Shown: positions 18,990 through 29,884, counted from the first letter of the stretch. The stretch is DNA of 64,000 nt from an uncultured Candidatus Saccharibacteria bacterium (GCA_964536745.1 CAZHYL010000004.1:16545-80544); one strand, 5' to 3'. Program-made: numbers and translations. Notes: generated by a model from the sequence alone, not told the origin.

Positions 18990-19478
18990 ATGATAATAAT
19001 CGGGATAGATCCTGGTACAGCTACAACTGGCTTTGGGATTATAAAATACGACAACAACCAAAAAAGTGAATTTAAAATTCTTGAATTTGGAGTTATCTCT
19101 ACAAGTAAAAAAGATTCCGACGCCGAACGTCTAAAAACCTTATACGAAGACTTAACTTATCTTATAAAAAAATACAAACCTCAAAAAATTGGGGTAGAAA
19201 AATTATTTTTCACCAGCAACCAAAAAACTGCGATGACTGTTAGCCAAGCAAGAGGCATAATATTACTCACGGCTAAATTATTTAACCTAGAGTTGAATGA
19301 GTTCACACCTCTTCAGGTGAAAAGCACTCTTTGTGGTTATGGAAAAGCAGACAAAAAGCAAGTTCAGTTTATGATAAAACAAACCTTTGGGTTAAAGTCT
19401 GTTCCCAAACCAGATGACGCGGCAGATGCTCTTGCAATTGCCCTTTGCAGTGCATGGACAAAGCCAAAAAAAATATAG
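18990..19478 (+). CDS. ruvC: Holliday junction resolvase
   Basis: GIDPG, VEKLFF, GYGKADK, DDAADALAIA. Confidence 0.95.
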   Translation: MIIIGIDPGTATTGFGIIKYDNNQKSEFKILEFGVISTSKKDSDAERLKTLYEDLTYLIKKYKPQKIGVEKLFFTSNQKTAMTVSQARGIILLTAKLFNLELNEFTPLQVKSTLCGYGKADKKQVQFMIKQTFGLKSVPKPDDAADALAIALCSAWTKPKKI

Positions 19479-19604
19479 AATTGGGTCTGGACAAATTATT
19501 TAGATAGTGTTAATATAATCATACAGTTCAGCAATTTTTGGACTGCGTATTTTTTATCACTAATTCTTTATGCAATTCATTTGTATAAAGCAAGGAGAAC
19601 GAAC

Positions 19605-19763
19605 ATGTTCTTTAACGATGAAGATATGAACACTGGTAACTCTGATGCTGGTATGCAAGACGACGCAGCTATGCATCACGACGACGCAGCTGGTTCTGAA
19701 GAAACCGCTAGCGAAGAAACCCCTACTGCTCCTGCAGAAGGCGGCGACGAAGCTGGAATGTAA
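19605..19763 (+). CDS. Small very acidic disordered protein (52 aa)
   Basis: AAGGAG SD, own promoter-like sequence and terminator, biased codons. Confidence 0.7.
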   Translation: MFFNDEDMNTGNSDAGMQDDAAMHHDDAAGSEETASEETPTAPAEGGDEAGM

Positions 19764-19793
19764 AATAAGACCCTCTTTCGAGGGTTTTATTTT

Positions 19794-20969
19794 TTACTGA
19801 ATTTTTACAAACTTTCGCTTACCAACCTGTAAAACTAGGTTGTTTTTTAATTTGATAGTTATCTTTAAGCTCTTAGGGTTTTGCTGATTCACTTTAACAC
19901 CATTTTGCTCAATTAATCTACGAGCTTCACTTTTACTGCTAGCTAACCCAGTCATCACGAGTATGTCCGAGAGTTGGTAAGAGCCGGCCTTCATTTTAAT
20001 TGTCGGTACTTCGCTAGGTAGCTCCTTATTACTGAACTGGCTAATAAATTTCTGCTTTGCCAGACTAGCACTTTTCTTATCGTGGTAAATTCCAACAACG
20101 GTTTCGGCTAACTTAATTTTCTGATCACGAGGATGAGGATTAGACTTTAACAGTTTCTTAATTTCTGTGACAGGTAAATTGGTTGCAAAAACGAAATACT
20201 TTTCTATTAAAGAATCATTAATACTCATTAATTTGCCAAACATATCATCCGGGGTATCAAAAATATTTATCGTGTTTCCCCAAGAACTAGACATTTTCCT
20301 ACCATCCGTACCTTCTAATAATTCAACCATTAAAACATCTTGAGGAGATTGTTTATAAGCAATCTGAATCGTTCTACCAGCTAACAAATTAAATTTTTGA
20401 TCACTACCGCCAAGTTCTATATCAGACTTCACCATCACACTATCGTACCCCTGCATCAATGGATACAAAAGCTCCCTTACAGAAACCCGTTTCCCCGCCT
20501 TTAGTCTTTTTGCAATATTTTCTCTTGAGCTAAATTCGTTCAGACCGAAGAGATCGGCCAAAAAACCAATCTCGGAAAAATTTAATTTTTTTAGCCATTT
20601 CGAATTATAATGTACTTCAGTTTTTTTCTTATCGAGAATTTTATAAGCTTGGGCTAAATAAGTTTTAATATTTTCTTTAATTTGCTTTTCAGACAACATA
20701 GGCCGCTCAGCTTCTTTATCAGAAGTGTCTCCGATCTGCCCAGTGAAATCACCGATAATCAAAACCACTTGGTGGCCCAACTCTTGAAAAGCACGTAGTT
20801 TCCATAACACTACTGCGCGACCCAAATGAATATTAGAACTAGTAGGATCTATCCCTAACTTAACACGCAACTTCTTACCTGACTTTAATTTGGATAGGAA
20901 CCCTTTTGGTTGGATAATTTCAACTGTGGTTCTTGAAATTATTTCGTCGATTTTACTTGAATTATTCAT
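19794..20969 (-). CDS. tyrS: Tyrosine--tRNA ligase
   Basis: GIDPT..HLGR, YPLMQGYD, GGSDQ, KMSSS, C-terminal S4 domain. Confidence 0.97.
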   Translation of the reverse strand: MNNSSKIDEIISRTTVEIIQPKGFLSKLKSGKKLRVKLGIDPTSSNIHLGRAVVLWKLRAFQELGHQVVLIIGDFTGQIGDTSDKEAERPMLSEKQIKENIKTYLAQAYKILDKKKTEVHYNSKWLKKLNFSEIGFLADLFGLNEFSSRENIAKRLKAGKRVSVRELLYPLMQGYDSVMVKSDIELGGSDQKFNLLAGRTIQIAYKQSPQDVLMVELLEGTDGRKMSSSWGNTINIFDTPDDMFGKLMSINDSLIEKYFVFATNLPVTEIKKLLKSNPHPRDQKIKLAETVVGIYHDKKSASLAKQKFISQFSNKELPSEVPTIKMKAGSYQLSDILVMTGLASSKSEARRLIEQNGVKVNQQNPKSLKITIKLKNNLVLQVGKRKFVKIQ

Positions 20970-21108
20970 GTTACTAGATAGAGTTTAGTTCGTTAAATAT
21001 AAATAGATTATACCATTTTATTTCGAAAAACATTAGGCTTAAACTAGCCAAATAGCATTTAGAGACTTCTGCTTTTCGTTAAAAATCAGTATAATGATTT
21101 TATAATCT

Positions 21109-23910
21109 ATGAAAATATACAACTTTTCAAGTAAACCCAAGGAACCAACAAAACCTAAAAAATTATTTTCTAAAGAATTTTTAAAGCAGCTACCATGGCC
21201 AAAAATTGGAACATGGGCTTTTCGCATTAGCGCGGCAGGAATCCTATTTATAGCCTTTTTGTTTATTTATTACAGTAGGCAATTACCAGATCCTAACCGT
21301 TTATTAGGAAGAAATGTTCCAGAGAGTACAAAAATTTACGCAAAAGATGAAAGTTTAATTTATGAAGTTCATGGAGAAATCAAAAGAACCTTGGTGAACT
21401 TAGACCAAATTTCTCCTGATTTAAAAAATGCAACCATCGCAGCTGAAGATAAAAATTTCTACAATCATGCTGGAATTTCTTTTACAGGTCTTGCACGCTC
21501 AGCAATTGTAGACATTATCTACAGAGAAAAAAGACAGGGTGGTAGTACAATCACTCAACAGTTTGTAAAAAATGCAGTATTAACCCGCGATAAATCTTTC
21601 ATTCGTAAGTTGAAAGAAATTATTATTGCGATTGAGTTAGAAGCGAGATTTAGTAAAGACGAGATTCTTAAACTTTATCTAAATGAGATTCCTTACGGAA
21701 GAAATGCTTATGGGGTTGAGGCGGCAAGTTTAACTTACTTTAATAAGCACGCCAATGAACTTTCCCTTGCTGAAAGTGCTTACTTAGCAGCCTTACCACA
21801 AGCACCATCTTACTATAATCCAAGTGGTCCAAACTTTGACGACCTACAGTCCAGACAAAAATACATTTTAAACCAAATGGAAGAATTGGGTTATATTAAT
21901 GCAGAACAGAAAGAATCTGCGCTTAATGAACAAGTAAAGTTTGAAACTGTTAAAACTGCAATTGTTGCTCCGCATTTTGTTCAGTACATCGAAAACTACC
22001 TAGCAGAAAAGTATGGTGAAACTTCACTACAAGAAGGTGGTATGAAAGTCTACACCACACTAGATCCAAAGCTTCAGCAAATTGCAGAAGCAGCTGTTGC
22101 CGAAGGTGCAAAGCGTAATGTTTCCGCAGGTGGATACAACGCGGCTTTAGTAGCAATAGACCCTAAAACAGGGCAAATTTTAGCAATGGTTGGGAGTAAA
22201 GATTACTTTGGGGAGTCAGAACCAGCTGGTTGTGTTCAAGGGAAAACCTGTTTATTCGAACCGAATGTAAACGTTGCTACCTCATTACAACAACCAGGGA
22301 GTAGTTTTAAACCTTATGCTTACGTGACTGCTTTTGGTAAAGAATTTAAATATAGCCCAGCATCAATGCTGATGGATGTAGAAACAAATTTCGGAAACTA
22401 CACACCAAAAAACTTTAACCTCTCACAAAATGGTCCTGTCTCTATGAGAAAAGCACTTGCTGGTAGTTTAAACATTCCTGCAGTAAAAACTATTGCTTTA
22501 GTAGGCGAAGATAATGTGATTAAAACAGCAAGAGATTTAGGTATCGAAGCCCCTTTCACAGATTGTGGGTTAGCCCTTGTACTTGGTGGTTGTGATGTTA
22601 AATTAATAGATCACACTGCAGCATATGGTGTGTTTGCAAATGGTGGTAAGAAAGTAGAGAAAACTGGGATCTTAAAAGTGGTTAGTCAGGAAGGAGAAGT
22701 ACTAGAAGAATATGAAGAGAAGAGCGATCAAGTGTTAGACCCTCAAGCAGTCTACGAACTAGTTAGTATCATGACAGATAATAATGCAAGAAGTTATGTT
22801 TTTGGAAGTAACTCCGCTCTTACTTTAGGTGGAAGACCAGTTGCTGCAAAAACTGGTACTACTCAAGACTTTAGGGATGGTTGGACAGTAGGGTTTACAC
22901 CTTCATTAGTTGCTGGTGTTTGGACGGGAAATAATAATAACACTCCAATGAAAAGAGATGCTGTAATGACTGCTGGTCCAATCTGGAATAAATTTATGAA
23001 GGAAGCTTTAGCTGGTACTCCTGTAGAAGAATTTAACAAGCCAAGTGAAATAAAGACTGTGACCGTAGATGCTGTGTCTGGCTTACTTCCAACCCAATAT
23101 ACACCAGAAACAAAATCCGAAGTCTTTGCAGACTACGCTGTTCCAACAAAATACGACAATGTTCATGTCCCAGTTGAAGTAGATATCCTAACTGGCCTAC
23201 CAGCTACAGATAGCACCCCAAGCGATAGAAGGGCTACCGAAATATATACCGTACTGCACAGTGAACGTCCACAAAACTCTGCTTGGGAACAACCAGTAAT
23301 CGCATGGGCCCTTGCAAATGGCTATAAATACCCTCCAGACAGTGGTATTGATAATGGTGGTGGGGGAAATAGTGATAAGGTGGCATTTATTTCACCTAAA
23401 GCTAATTCTGTAGTTACCAGCCTACCATTTACTGTTAACCTTGGTGTGGAAGGTGAATTTTCAAAAATAGACTTAACTCTAAACGGTGAGTTGATAGAAA
23501 CTTTAACTAATGGTGATTTACAAACAAAGGTTTCAAAAAAATTAAGCGATGGCACATATATCTTAATGGCAAAGGTTACCTACCCAAATGGTAGTACTGC
23601 TACTAGTCGTATTCAAATCAAATACGCTCTAGATGGTGGCCTCACTATAACCAATCCAAATAGTGGTGATAATATTTCATTCCCACTACAATTAGAAGCA
23701 GAAAGTAGTCAGGAGTATTCTGGAGTTGTATTCTATTATCAATCCGGTAATACAATAAAACCTTTGGGTAATGCTGAAGTAGTAGAAAACGGTAAGGGCT
23801 TCTCTTACTTATTAACATGGGATAATAAACCTTCAAGTGGGACCTATCAAATCTTTGCAAGAAATAAAAATGGCCAGACAAGTAATAAAATTACTATAAC
23901 CATTAATTGA
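21109..23910 (+). CDS. Class A penicillin-binding protein (PBP1A family) with C-terminal Ig-like domains
   Basis: TM anchor; EDKNFY, GGSTITQQ, RKLKE; SSFK, SLN, KTGT; beta-rich tail. Confidence 0.93.
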   Translation: MKIYNFSSKPKEPTKPKKLFSKEFLKQLPWPKIGTWAFRISAAGILFIAFLFIYYSRQLPDPNRLLGRNVPESTKIYAKDESLIYEVHGEIKRTLVNLDQISPDLKNATIAAEDKNFYNHAGISFTGLARSAIVDIIYREKRQGGSTITQQFVKNAVLTRDKSFIRKLKEIIIAIELEARFSKDEILKLYLNEIPYGRNAYGVEAASLTYFNKHANELSLAESAYLAALPQAPSYYNPSGPNFDDLQSRQKYILNQMEELGYINAEQKESALNEQVKFETVKTAIVAPHFVQYIENYLAEKYGETSLQEGGMKVYTTLDPKLQQIAEAAVAEGAKRNVSAGGYNAALVAIDPKTGQILAMVGSKDYFGESEPAGCVQGKTCLFEPNVNVATSLQQPGSSFKPYAYVTAFGKEFKYSPASMLMDVETNFGNYTPKNFNLSQNGPVSMRKALAGSLNIPAVKTIALVGEDNVIKTARDLGIEAPFTDCGLALVLGGCDVKLIDHTAAYGVFANGGKKVEKTGILKVVSQEGEVLEEYEEKSDQVLDPQAVYELVSIMTDNNARSYVFGSNSALTLGGRPVAAKTGTTQDFRDGWTVGFTPSLVAGVWTGNNNNTPMKRDAVMTAGPIWNKFMKEALAGTPVEEFNKPSEIKTVTVDAVSGLLPTQYTPETKSEVFADYAVPTKYDNVHVPVEVDILTGLPATDSTPSDRRATEIYTVLHSERPQNSAWEQPVIAWALANGYKYPPDSGIDNGGGGNSDKVAFISPKANSVVTSLPFTVNLGVEGEFSKIDLTLNGELIETLTNGDLQTKVSKKLSDGTYILMAKVTYPNGSTATSRIQIKYALDGGLTITNPNSGDNISFPLQLEAESSQEYSGVVFYYQSGNTIKPLGNAEVVENGKGFSYLLTWDNKPSSGTYQIFARNKNGQTSNKITITIN

Positions 23911-23948
23911 GTTGTTTAAAAAACACCCTTGAAAAATTAGGGTGTTTT

Positions 23949-24419
23949 TTAAATTTTAATCTTTATACTTCTGTAAGGTTCTTCTCCCACGCTTTCAGTA
24001 GTTAGATGGGGAAACTGTTGTTGAATGTAAGTATGAATAAATTTTCTTTCGTGCCGAGGCATCGCTGGAAGTGCTATTGGTTCTTTACTGTACTTAAGTT
24101 TCGAAACAACTTCCTTAACTTCTTGTTTAAGTTGATATTCACGATTGGCACGGTAATCATCAATATCAATTGAAAACCTTATTGGCTCGGAGTCTTCCCT
24201 GAACTTTTTATTTACTATCGCGAACAATAAATTTTCTATCGCATTCAGTGTTGATCCTTGACGACCAATCAACATCTTTGGGGGATTAGCGTAAATTCTA
24301 AACACTAAACCTTTCACCAAGCTTTGCTCGTATTCAACCTTAGGGTTAAAGCCGGCTTGTGAAAGAAGGGTTTTAATTTCATTTTGAATATATTCGATTT
24401 TACTGTAATCAGTACTCAT
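23949..24419 (-). CDS. jag: Jag/EloR KH+R3H RNA-binding protein (short form)
   Basis: LIGRQGSTL, ERKFIH, ESVGEEPYR; follows yidC. Confidence 0.85.
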   Translation of the reverse strand: MSTDYSKIEYIQNEIKTLLSQAGFNPKVEYEQSLVKGLVFRIYANPPKMLIGRQGSTLNAIENLLFAIVNKKFREDSEPIRFSIDIDDYRANREYQLKQEVKEVVSKLKYSKEPIALPAMPRHERKFIHTYIQQQFPHLTTESVGEEPYRSIKIKI

Positions 24420-25127
24420 TTATGAAATAGTTACTTGATGGGTACGCTGGACATAATACTGCTGCGCTACAGCAAAGAAGGTTGTGACTATCCAATAAAG
24501 TGGGAGACCTGCTGGTAGGGTCCAAGCAAAAACAACCGTAATTATTGGAATAACATAGGTCATACTAAATGTCATTGAGGCCATAGCAGCATCTTTAGTT
24601 TGGTTACTACCTTGCCAACGAGAAATCATAATAGATTGCCAAAACTGAACCAATCCAGCTAATAAAGCAAATGCAATATTAGGATGTGAAAGATCGACAA
24701 GGCCCAAAAACTTAGGATCTAGTACTCCTGGATTAGTGACAAAACTATATAAACCATCTAAATTACCTTTTAACGCTTTAGAAAAAACTTGATAGAGCGC
24801 AATTAAAATCGGGAGCTGAATTATAACTGGCAGACAAGAAGATAAAGGATTAACTTTATGTTCTTTATATAATTCCATCATTGCCTTAGCTTGAGCCTCT
24901 CTATCATCTTTATGCTTATCCCTTAACTCATTCATTTTTGGTTGCAAGGCGGTTAAAGACTTTTGGCTCTTTAAAGACTTATGCATGAATGGTGCTAGTA
25001 ATATTCTAATTACCAAAGTTACTAAAATTATAACTACTCCAATATCATGGATTGGTAAAATGTTATACAGACCAACTAATAAGTTAAGGATTGGATTATA
25101 GATAATTGAATGATAGATCTCGATCAT
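24420..25127 (-). CDS. yidC: Membrane protein insertase (short monoderm type)
   Basis: LQPKM..MMELYKEHKVNPLSSCLP..Q.PI, GLPLYW. Confidence 0.95.
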   Translation of the reverse strand: MIEIYHSIIYNPILNLLVGLYNILPIHDIGVVIILVTLVIRILLAPFMHKSLKSQKSLTALQPKMNELRDKHKDDREAQAKAMMELYKEHKVNPLSSCLPVIIQLPILIALYQVFSKALKGNLDGLYSFVTNPGVLDPKFLGLVDLSHPNIAFALLAGLVQFWQSIMISRWQGSNQTKDAAMASMTFSMTYVIPIITVVFAWTLPAGLPLYWIVTTFFAVAQQYYVQRTHQVTIS

Positions 25128-25130
25128 ATA

Positions 25131-25364
25131 TTAAGAGATATTATTAATTTGGGGTTTAGTAAAAGGATTGCATTTTATGATTCGAAGAATCGACATACTA
25201 AATCCTAAAACTAACCCGTGTTTTGAAAATGCTTTTATACTATACTCGCTACAGCTTGGGTAAAATCTACAAAAACCATAAGGATACTTATACTTCAATA
25301 CTCCATGATCCGGAGATAAGGTTTTTTGATAAATTTTAATCAAGCTAATTATTATTCTAACCAT
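25131..25364 (-). CDS. yidD: Membrane protein insertion efficiency factor
   Basis: CRFYPSCSEY, RIIKCNPF. Confidence 0.93.
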   Translation of the reverse strand: MVRIIISLIKIYQKTLSPDHGVLKYKYPYGFCRFYPSCSEYSIKAFSKHGLVLGFSMSILRIIKCNPFTKPQINNIS

Positions 25365-25704
25365 CTTTTAAAATTTTACCTTTTGATAATGCTAAATTTA
25401 ACTCTGTCCTAATTTCATCTGGGCCTGTATTTATAGCTGATCTCTTTAGTATTATTACATAATTCCCAGATCTTATCCTGTCTACTAAATTATACAGTTC
25501 ATCTCTGATGATTCTTTTCAATCTATTCCTTACAACAGCACTTTTAGAGACTTTATTTGAAACTATAATAGCGAATCTCGACCCAATAGTAGTGGAATTA
25601 GATAAAAATTTAATAACAAACGATTGACTAAAAAAACCCCGCCCTTTGGCTGCGGTTAGGTTAACATCAGCGTATTTAGTGAGGCGGTGTTTTTTAGGAA
25701 GCAT
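25357..25704 (-). CDS. rnpA: Ribonuclease P protein component
   Basis: KVSKSAVVRNRLKR (RNR motif). Confidence 0.93.
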   Translation of the reverse strand: MLPKKHRLTKYADVNLTAAKGRGFFSQSFVIKFLSNSTTIGSRFAIIVSNKVSKSAVVRNRLKRIIRDELYNLVDRIRSGNYVIILKRSAINTGPDEIRTELNLALSKGKILKDG

Positions 25705-25710
25705 ATTCGA

Positions 25711-25845
25711 TTAAACTGTTAGTTTTTTTCGCCCTTTTTGCCTTCGGCTAGAAAGGGTAGCGCGGCCAGTTCTGGTTTGCATTTTTTTTCTAAAACCGTG
25801 AACTTTCTTACGTTTTCTGGTTTTTGGTTGATATGTACGTTTCAT
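25711..25845 (-). CDS. rpmH: 50S ribosomal protein L34 (absent from ORF track)
   Basis: Manual translation [44 protein letters not shown]. Confidence 0.97.
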   Translation of the reverse strand: MKRTYQPKTRKRKKVHGFRKKMQTRTGRATLSSRRQKGRKKLTV

Positions 25846-25984
25846 AAAATAGTTATAAATTTCAATCTATACCTGATAATTATATTGAAATAATTCTATT
25901 TGGTCAATATCTAGAGAGTTTAACCTAGACCTTTATTTAAAAGTTAATTAGTCAAGCCCAAAAAACCACTAACTAAACCACAGG

Positions 25985-26061
25985 TTATACACAAGTTGTG
26001 CACACAAAATATGCTTTTCCTTATAAATAAGCGGTTTTATTTGTCTTTTGCATGTTGATAA
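25985..26061. promoter_or_regulatory. DnaA boxes upstream of dnaA
   Basis: TTATACACA 25985-25993; TTATCAACA on minus strand 26053-26061. Confidence 0.7.
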
Positions 26062-26116
26062 CTCCACTGATAGAATTAAAATATTAAGTAAAAATAGAGT
26101 AAAAATTTAAGGAAAT

Positions 26117-27481
26117 ATGAATAATCAACAGCTTTGGCAAGCCATGCTAGGTAGCTTAGAAATTACCTTAAGTAAGGGAAATTTCAATACCTGGTTTAAA
26201 AATACAGGGATAATCGAAAGAGGTGATGATTATATTATTGTGGGAGTTCCTAGTACTTTCACCCTTGAATGGATAAAAAATAAGTTCCACACAACCTTAT
26301 TAAAATCCTTAAAATCTATTTCCCCAGATATCAAAGAAATCAAATACCATATTGGAAATCTGAAAAATGACTCAACAGAGGGGAAACAAGGGTCACTACT
26401 CCAACAAAGTGAAGTTTCCTCTAAAAATTCTGTTGTTTATAAAGATAATGCCCCTACTTACAACTCTAACCTTAATAAGCAATACACCTTCGAAACATTT
26501 ATCATTGGTCAAAATAACGACCTAGCTTACGCCGCCAGCGAAGCAGTATCAAAAAATCCAGGGACTCAGTACAACCCTTTATTTATTTATGGCGGTGTTG
26601 GTTTAGGTAAAACCCACTTAATGCATGCAGTTGGGAATAAATTACTAGCATCAAATCCAAGGATGCGTGTGCTATATGCAACTAGTGAAAAGTTTACTAA
26701 TGATTTTATTGCCTCTATTCAACAAAAAAAACAAGATCAGTTTGTAAACTCATACAGACAAGTAGATATGTTACTAATTGATGACGTGCAATTCATTGCT
26801 GGTAAAGAACAAACACAAGAGGCCTTTTTCCATACCTTCAATGAACTTAGAGATAAAGGTAAACAAATTATTCTTACTTCTGATAGACTTCCGAAAGATA
26901 TCCCTGCAATAGAACAAAGGTTGGTGTCTAGATTTGAGTGGGGAATGGTCGCGGATATAGGTGCTCCAAACTTAGAGACGAGAATTGCTATTTTAAAAAA
27001 TAAATTAGCCAAGCAAAATTCAACTTTAGATTCTAATATTATTAATTACATTGCTGAGAATATTAGTAATAACATTAGAGAGTTGGAAGGGGCATTAAAT
27101 AAAGTTTTAGTTTATCAGCAAATAGAACGAGAGCCTATAACAATAGAAAAGGTTAAAGAATTATTAATAAATATAATTAATTCAAAGAAGAAATCTGTTT
27201 CTATTAAAAGAATTGCTGAATCTGTTGCGGGTTTCTATAGTGTTACTGTGGAGGATTTAATTAAACAATCCCGAAGAAAAGAGTATGTAAAACCTAGGCA
27301 AGTTGCTATGTACTTGATACGTAAAGAGTTAAATAGCTCTTACCCATCAATTGGAGATTTCTTTGGTGGAAGAGATCACACCACTGTTATGCATGGAGTA
27401 GAAAAAATGGATAAAGCTATAAACACCGAAGAGCAAATTAAACAAGAATTAGATTTGATAGTAGAAAAATTATATAGTTAG
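26117..27481 (+). CDS. dnaA: Chromosomal replication initiator
   Basis: YNPLFIYGGVGLGKTHL, LLIDDVQF, RELEGAL, GGRDHTTV. Confidence 0.98.
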   Translation: MNNQQLWQAMLGSLEITLSKGNFNTWFKNTGIIERGDDYIIVGVPSTFTLEWIKNKFHTTLLKSLKSISPDIKEIKYHIGNLKNDSTEGKQGSLLQQSEVSSKNSVVYKDNAPTYNSNLNKQYTFETFIIGQNNDLAYAASEAVSKNPGTQYNPLFIYGGVGLGKTHLMHAVGNKLLASNPRMRVLYATSEKFTNDFIASIQQKKQDQFVNSYRQVDMLLIDDVQFIAGKEQTQEAFFHTFNELRDKGKQIILTSDRLPKDIPAIEQRLVSRFEWGMVADIGAPNLETRIAILKNKLAKQNSTLDSNIINYIAENISNNIRELEGALNKVLVYQQIEREPITIEKVKELLINIINSKKKSVSIKRIAESVAGFYSVTVEDLIKQSRRKEYVKPRQVAMYLIRKELNSSYPSIGDFFGGRDHTTVMHGVEKMDKAINTEEQIKQELDLIVEKLYS

Positions 27482-27692
27482 AGCTTGTTGGTAAGCTGTG
27501 GGTGAGACTATGGATAAATATCTGATAAACTTTTAACTAAATAATTATCAACAAATTTCTAAGAGTTATCCAAGTTAAATTAAAGAGTTATTCACAAATA
27601 AAAATAAAAAATTCTTCTGTAAAAGTGTTAATAAATGGTCGTTATACACTTATCCATACCCCTTACTACTACTGTTAATTAAATATATATAA
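27482..27692. other. oriC: DnaA-box cluster, DnaA-trios and AT-rich unwinding region
   Basis: Boxes at 27509, 27545, 27566, 27588, 27642, 27650; then cccc-ttactactactg and an AT run. Confidence 0.88.
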
Positions 27693-28787
27693 ATGAAAAT
27701 AATAAGTACGCAAGAAAACTTAAAAAATGGATTAGCGATAGTTGGAAAGATTGTAGGTAATAGTTCAACTTTACCAATCCTAAATAATATTCTTTTAGAA
27801 ACAGAAAATGGTTTATTAAAATTATCTGGGACTAATTTAGAAACCGGTATTAGTACTTACATCCGTTGCCAGATAGAAAAAGAAGGGGGGGTGTGTATTG
27901 GGGTAAAAACCCTTTCTGATTTGATTAATAGTTTACCTTCAGAAAATATTACTATTGAGTCGAAAGATTCAGAAACAGAAATTACCACAGATCACACAAA
28001 TGTAAAAATCAAACATTTATCTCCGGAAGACTTTCCTTTAATTCCAAAAATTGATGATAGTAGCAAGGTAAAAATTTTAGCGTCAGATTTAAAGTTGGCA
28101 TTAGATCAAACATTATTTGCAGCAAGTAGTAGTGAAACACAACCAGAGATCTCGGGTATACTCTTATGGTTTGGAGGGGAAAACATTCTAATCACTGCAA
28201 CAGATCGGTATCGTTTAGCAGAAAAATCTATAAGTTATTCTGGGAGTGTGGATTTTAAAATAATACTTCCCCATAGGAGTGCCCAAGAAATATCTAGATT
28301 ATTAACAGGTTTGTCTGAAGAAATTGAATTAAGTATAACTACTACACAATTAGCATTTAATCTAAATAATACCTATATTGTTTCCAGACTGATTGATGGT
28401 AATTATCCAGACTATCAACAAATCATTCCAGATGTAACTAATACAACAGTTATTCTAGATAAACAGGATTTACTATCAGCCTTAAAAACTAGTAGTGTGT
28501 TCTCTAAGGGTTCTGGTAGTATTACTGTAGAATATGACAACGAAAAGAATACCCTAAAATTAAGTTCGGTTTCTCATGATTTAGGGGAAAGTCATATCGA
28601 GTTAGTGTGTAAGATATCAGGTGAATCAGGTAACTTAATTATTAATTATAGGTATCTTGTAGATTATTTAAATAACCTTGATAGTGACACCTTAGTAATG
28701 AAAATAGTTGATGATAACGGTCCAATAACATTTGTACCAGAAAATCAAAATAAATATTTATATCTAGTAATGCCAATTAAACAGTAA
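27693..28787 (+). CDS. dnaN: DNA polymerase III beta clamp
   Basis: LPILNNILL, ATDRYRLA, SRLIDGNYPDY, YLVMPI. Confidence 0.97.
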   Translation: MKIISTQENLKNGLAIVGKIVGNSSTLPILNNILLETENGLLKLSGTNLETGISTYIRCQIEKEGGVCIGVKTLSDLINSLPSENITIESKDSETEITTDHTNVKIKHLSPEDFPLIPKIDDSSKVKILASDLKLALDQTLFAASSSETQPEISGILLWFGGENILITATDRYRLAEKSISYSGSVDFKIILPHRSAQEISRLLTGLSEEIELSITTTQLAFNLNNTYIVSRLIDGNYPDYQQIIPDVTNTTVILDKQDLLSALKTSSVFSKGSGSITVEYDNEKNTLKLSSVSHDLGESHIELVCKISGESGNLIINYRYLVDYLNNLDSDTLVMKIVDDNGPITFVPENQNKYLYLVMPIKQ

Positions 28788-28792
28788 TTTCT

Positions 28793-29884
28793 ATGCAGAT
28801 AAAACAAATACAACTTAAGAACTTTAGAAACTATCCAGATTTAGAATTAGGTATTACAAGCGAGATGGTAGTCTTATCCGGGCCAAATGCTGTTGGAAAA
28901 ACTAATTTACTAGAATCTATTTACTTTGGTTCACTTTTTAAATCTTTTAGAGATGATGCCGACTTTATTTTTCTTAAGAGCACTAATGATTCTCAAATCA
29001 AAATAGAATTTGAAGCAAATGGCGAAACTAACTTATTAGAAATTTTTCTAGAAAAAAGGGATCGTATTTTCGCAAACTTTAAAATTAACGGAGTTAAGAA
29101 AAAAAGAAAAGAAGCTCAGGGATTTCTTAAAGTTGTTATCTTTGAACCAAGCGATGTTGAATTATTTACAAAGTCACCAGAATCTAGAAGAAAATATTTT
29201 AATATGGTCTTGGCACAAAAACATAAAGAGTACCTAGACTTGTTAAATAATTATAAAAAGGTAATGACCCAAAAGAATAAGTTTCTTTTAGAGTTAAAAC
29301 AAGGCCAAGGTAACCCTGAAGAGCTGAGTACTTGGAATGAGCAATTAGCAAACTATGGATCAAAAATAATCTTTTACCGTAAGCAATATGTAAATTTCTT
29401 AAACCAGAATTTATCGGAAGTTTATACTAATATTTCCAAGTTCCATAGGACTGTAGAATTAATATACGAGACTTTAGATGGCGACACAGAAGAGGATATA
29501 AACCTTAATTTCCATAACGAGCTAGACAAGGTTAAGAATAGGGAATTAGCTTCTGCTATGAGCCTTGTAGGGCCTCATAGAGATGATTTCTTTCTCCAAA
29601 GCGAAGGTCTATTCTTAGTTTCATTCTCTTCCCGTGGCGAGCAAAGAAGTCAGATTTTAGCCATGAAAATACTAGAGTTAGAATATCTCACTAAGGATGG
29701 TGATTCCCCAATATTACTACTTGATGATGTGCTTAGTGAATTAGATGATACTCGTCGCACTTTCTTATTAAAGTATTTACAAGGTAAGTTCCAGACATTT
29801 ATTACTACAACACATCCACTGGAAATGGTAGGTCAACATGTTACTCTAAGCCCAGCCTCTACTGAAGTTGAACAAGAAGTATAA
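28793..29884 (+). CDS. recF: DNA replication/repair protein RecF
   Basis: NFRNY, GPNAVGKTNLLE, GPHRDD, SRGEQR, LLLDDVLSELD. Confidence 0.96.
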   Translation: MQIKQIQLKNFRNYPDLELGITSEMVVLSGPNAVGKTNLLESIYFGSLFKSFRDDADFIFLKSTNDSQIKIEFEANGETNLLEIFLEKRDRIFANFKINGVKKKRKEAQGFLKVVIFEPSDVELFTKSPESRRKYFNMVLAQKHKEYLDLLNNYKKVMTQKNKFLLELKQGQGNPEELSTWNEQLANYGSKIIFYRKQYVNFLNQNLSEVYTNISKFHRTVELIYETLDGDTEEDINLNFHNELDKVKNRELASAMSLVGPHRDDFFLQSEGLFLVSFSSRGEQRSQILAMKILELEYLTKDGDSPILLLDDVLSELDDTRRTFLLKYLQGKFQTFITTTHPLEMVGQHVTLSPASTEVEQEV

